Assembly: GCA_032718475.1 (NCBI GenBank)
Contig: JAUCBJ010009058.1
Span: forward strand, 63,847-127,846
From: Nemertoderma westbladi
Taxonomy: Eukaryota; Animalia; Xenacoelomorpha
Reading direction: 5' to 3'
DNA: 64,000 nt
The position numbers and the translations under genes were made by a program. Below the pieces are notes generated by a model. It ran no database searches, was not told where the DNA came from, and worked only from the letters and a program-made list of their open reading frames with translations. Of this stretch, positions 59,447 to 64,000 are shown piece by piece; the first letter of the stretch is position 1; each line of letters opens with the position of its first letter.

Positions 59447-62400
59447 ATACCCAATAACACAAATACTTACCACTTGGTCCCATAACCCAAATACTTACCA
59501 AACTGGGTCCCATAACACAAATACTTAACAATTGGTCCCATAACCCAAATACTTACCACTTGGTCCCATGACCCAAATACTTACCAAATGGTCCCATGGC
59601 CCAAATACTTACCAATTGGTCCCATAACACAAATACTTAACAATTGGTCCCATAACCCAAATACTTTACCACTGGGTCCCTTAACCCAAATACTTTACCA
59701 CTTGGTCCCAAATACTTTACCACTTGGTCCCATAACCAAATTACTTACCACTTGGTCCAATAACCCAAATACTTTACCACTGGGTCCCTTAACCCAAATA
59801 CTTTATCACTTGGTCCCAAATACTTTACCACTTGGTCCCATAACCCAATCACTTACCACTTGGTCCCATAACCCAACTACTTTACCACTGGGTCCCTTAA
59901 CCCAAATACTTTACCACTTGGTCCTATAACCCACGTACTTACACTCGGTCCCTTAACCCAAATACTTTACCACTTGGTCCCATAACCCAAATACTTTACC
60001 ACTTGGTCCCATAACCCAATTACTTACCACTGGATCCCTTAATCCAAATACTTACCACTTGGTCCCAAAACCCAAGTACTTACACTTGGTCCCTTAACCC
60101 AAATACTTTACCACTTGGTCCCATAACCCAAATACTTACCACTCTGTCCCATAACCCAATTACCTACCACTGGGTCCCTGAACCCAAATACTTACCACTT
60201 GGTTCCATAACCCAAGTACTTACACTTGGTCCCTTAACCCAAATACTTTACCACATGGTCCCATAACCCAAATACTCACCATTCTGTCTCATAACCCAAT
60301 TACTTACCACTGGGTCCCTGAACCCAAATACTTACCACTTGGTCACATAACCCAATTACTTACCACTGGGTCCCTTAACCCAAATACTTACCACTTCGTC
60401 CCATAACCCAAGTACTTACCACTTGGTCCCATAACCCAAGTACTTACCACTTGGTCCCTTAACCCAAATACTTTACCACTTGGTCCCATAACCCAAATAC
60501 TTTACTACTTGGTCCCATATCCAAATTTCTTACCACTGGGTCCGATAATCCCAAATACTTTACCACTTGGTCCCAAATACTTACCACTCTGTCCCATAAC
60601 CCAATTACTTACCACTGGGTCCCTTAACCCAAATACTTACCACTTGGTCCCATAACCCAAGTACTTACCACTTGGTCCCTTAACCCAAATACTTTACCAC
60701 TGGGTCCCTGAACCCAAATACTTACCACTTGGTCCCATAACCCAAGTACTTACCACTTGGTCCCTTAACCCAAATACTTTACCACTTGGTCCCATAACCC
60801 AAGTACTTACCACTTGGTCCCTTAACCCAAATACTTTACCACTGAGTCCCTGAACCCAAATACTTACCACTTGGTCCCATAACCCAAGTACTTACCACTT
60901 GGTCCCTTAACCCAAATACTTTACAACTTGGTCCCATAACCCAATTACCTACCACTGGGTCCCATAACCCAAATACTTTACCACTTGGTGCCATAACACA
61001 AATACTTACCACTTGGACCCATAATCCAAACACATACCACTTGGTCCCATAACCCAAATACTTTACCACTTGGTCCCATAACCCAATTACTTACCACTGG
61101 GTTGCTTAACCCAAATTCTTACCACTTGGTCCCATAAACCTAAGCACTTACACTTGGTCCCTTAACCCAAATACTTTACCACTTGGTCCCATAACCCAAT
61201 TACTTATCACTGTGTCCCATAACCAAAACACGTACCACTTGGTCCCATAACACAAATACTTACTTACCACTTGGTCCCATAATCCAAACACTTACCACTT
61301 GGTCCCATAACCCAAATACTTTACCACTTGGGTCCCATAACCCAATTACTTACCACTGGGTTGATTAACCCAAATACTTACCACTTGGTCCCATAACCTA
61401 AGTACTTACACTTGGTCCCTTAACCCAAATACTTTACCACTTGGTCCCATAACCCAAATACTTTACCACTTGGTCCCATGACCCAAATACTTTACCACTT
61501 GGTCCCATAACCCAAGTACTTACCACTTGGTCCCTTAACCCAAATACTTTACAACTTGGTCCCATAACCCAATTACCTACCACTGGGCCCCATAACCCAA
61601 ATACTTTACCACTTGGTGCCATAACACAAATACTTACCACTTGGACCCATAATCCAAACACATACCACTTGGTCCCATAACCCAAATACTTTACCACTTG
61701 GTCCCATAACCCAATTACTTACCACTGGGTGGCTTAACCCAAATTCTTACCACTTGGTCCCATAAACCTAAGCACTTACACTTGGTCCCTTAACCCAAAT
61801 ACTTTACCACTTGGTCCCATAACCCAATTACTTATCACTGTGTCCCATAACCAAAACACGTACCACTTGGTCCCATAACACAAATACTTACTTACCACTT
61901 GGTCCCATAATCCAAACACTTACCACTTGGTCCCATAACCCAAATACTTTACCACTTGGGTCCCATAACCCAATTACTTACCACTGGGTTGATTAACCCA
62001 AATACTTACCACTTGGTCCCATAACCTAAGTACTTACACTTGGTCCCTTAACCCAAATACTTTACCACTTGGTCCCATAACCCAAATACTTTACCACTTG
62101 GTCCCATGACCCAAATACTTTACCACTTGGTCCCATAACCCAAGTACTTACCACTTGGTCCCTTAACCCAAATACTTTACCACTGGGTCCCTGAACCCAA
62201 ATACTTACCACTTGGTCCCATAACCCAAGTACTTACCACTTGGTCCCTTAACCCAAATACTTTACAACTTGGTCCCATAACCCAATTACCTACCACTGGG
62301 CCCCATAACCCAAATACTTTACCACTTGGTGCCATAACACAAATACTTACCACTTGGACCCATAATCCAAACACTTACCACTTGGTCCCATAGCCATAAC

Positions 62401-63193
62401 CCAAATACTTTACCACTTGGTCCCATAACCCAATTACTTACCACTGGGTTGCTTACCCAAATACTTACCACTTGGTCCCATAACCTAAGTACTTACACTT
62501 GGTCCCTTAACCCAAATACTTTACCACTCTGTCCCATAACCCAATTACTCACCACTGGGTCCCTTAACCCAAAAACTTACCACTTGGTCCCATAACCCAA
62601 GTACTTACACTTGGTCCCTTAACCAACATACTTTACCACTTGGTCCCATAACCCAAATACTTACCACTCTGTCCCATAACCCAATTACTCACCACTGGGT
62701 CCCTTAACCCAAAAACTTACCACTTGGTCCCATAAAACAAGTACTTACACTTGGTCCCTTAACCCAAATACTTTACCACTTGGTCCCATAACCCAAATAC
62801 TTTACCACTTGGTCCCATAACACAAATACTTTACCACTTGGTCCCATAACCCAAATACTTACCACTCTGTCCCATAACCCAATTACTCACCACTGGGTCC
62901 CTTAACCCAAAAACTTACCACTTGGTCCCATAACCCAAGTACTTACACTTGGTCCCTTAACCCACATACTTTACCACTTGGTCCCATAACCCTATTACTT
63001 ACCACTTGGTCCCATAACCCAAATAATTACCACTTGGTCCCATAACTCAAATACACTTGGTCCCATAATGCAAATACTTACCACTTTGTCCCAAAATCCA
63101 AATACTTACCACTTTGTCCCAAAACCCAAATACGTACCACTTTGTCCCAAAACCCAAATACTTACCACTTTGTCCCAAAACCCAAATACTTAC
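59447..63193. repeat. 28/29-bp satellite (minus strand GTAAGTATTTGGGTTATGGGACCAAGTG)n, about 130 copies; monomer = ABCG exon end plus 5' splice site
   Basis: Abuts the donor of exon 63194-63324, whose end is TTGGGTGTTATGGGGCCAAGTG|GTAAGT; contains a higher-order duplication of about 628 bp. Confidence 0.95.
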
Positions 63194-63324
63194 CACTTGG
63201 CCCCATAACACCCAATAGTTCACCCGGATAAGCTCGACCTGACACATTATTCAACACCTTTCTTCCCATCATAGAAACTGTAATGTTGTTGAAATACACA
63301 TTCACTCCACGTTCATTTTGAGCA
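63194..63324 (-). CDS. ABCG: ABCG transporter exon (1st in window): AQNERGVNVYFNNITVSMMGRKVLNNVSGRAYPGELLGVMGPS(G)
   Basis: ttcttag| acceptor and |gtaagt donor; 131 bp, phase 2 to 1. VLNNVSG...PGELL.VMGPSG is the ABCG lead-in to Walker A. Confidence 0.94.
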
Positions 63325-63662
63325 CTAAGAATAATAATAAAATAAAACAATTACAAAAAGCGTGCTATTCTTGCCAGATAGGCGTCTATTATTATTATGA
63401 TTATTGGTATGGTAATGAAATATAGAGAACCTTACACCGCTGGGCTACTTGCTGTAAACAAAAATGTAGGCCCATGTCTTTATGTGTGTTCACACCAAGG
63501 CGAACTTTACAAGCTAATGGAATAGTACAAATGTGCGAAGTTTCTGCTTGAACAGATTAAAAGCAATGAAATGGGAGGACATTTAATGTTTAGACATGTA
63601 ACCCTCTAGAGGGAGACTGTTGAAGTGATGGTGTCTGAAAGTCTCTAAAAAGGTGTTATTGA

Positions 63663-63789
63663 ACGTTCTACGACAGTAGCTCCCCGGACAATAGCCTCCC
63701 GAGATAGTAACCCCCCCCCCCCCCCGGACAGTAGCCCCCCAGACAATAGCCCCCCGAGACAGTAGTCCCCCGGATAGTAGTCCCCCCAC
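63663..63789. repeat. (CCGGACA(A/G)TAGCCCCC)-like sub-repeats, probable end of a non-autonomous DNA transposon
   Basis: About 7 degenerate units of about 16 bp. Confidence 0.45.
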
Positions 63790-64000
63790 ATACAAACTGA
63801 AGAGTTCAAAGTGTTGAGCGAAATAATAACATTTAATATATAGAATATTGTCAAAAAAACATTAGAATTACATAATTTCTAATGTATATATATAGATTTA
63901 TATAAACAAATGTATGTGTAGAAAAATGTATAGCAAAAAGTTGTTTCAAGGAAAATAAAATAAATTCCTGAAAACTAATTCGATAAAATTAAATAGAATT

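Noticed and set aside
56596-62374. ORFs in the 39-bp, 85-bp and 28-bp arrays (e.g. NLWFCDKLAVIIV, WVMGPSGKY repeats)
   Set aside because: Repeat translations; the VMGPSG words only reflect the exon origin of the monomer.
59447-63193. The 28-bp period is exactly half the 56-bp period of the other donor array
   Set aside because: The monomers share only the donor and derive from different exons; two cases cannot show a period rule.

Overview
AT-rich, spliced eukaryotic (most likely animal) genomic DNA. A minus-strand ABCG-type ABC transporter gene, largely missed by the ORF track, spans the window. I read six exons with consistent splice phases (63194-63324, 52759-52931, 42857-42962, 2079-2179, 1819-1944, 1310-1439), which together give an intact nucleotide-binding domain. 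Two of its introns begin with tandem arrays whose monomer is the end of the preceding exon plus the GTAAG(T) splice donor: a 28/29-bp array of about 3.7 kb and a 56-bp array of over 22 kb with higher-order structure. An 18,221-bp Maverick/Polinton (4893-23113; 486-bp TIRs, AGTAGT ends, 6-bp TSD ACCCAG) is inserted in the 56-bp array. It carries pPolB, integrase, packaging ATPase, major capsid, two tandem minor-capsid genes and an adenain-like protease. Its accessory genes include a divergent TBP-like protein, a probable PC4-like protein and a RING finger. This copy is degenerate: it has stops, frameshifts and no pPolB motif B. The other introns hold two RTE-type LINE fragments, another LINE fragment, several minisatellites, a candidate nested two-exon gene for a protamine-like basic protein, and a hammerhead-ribozyme-like motif. 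All protein family calls come from motif recognition by eye; no database search was run.
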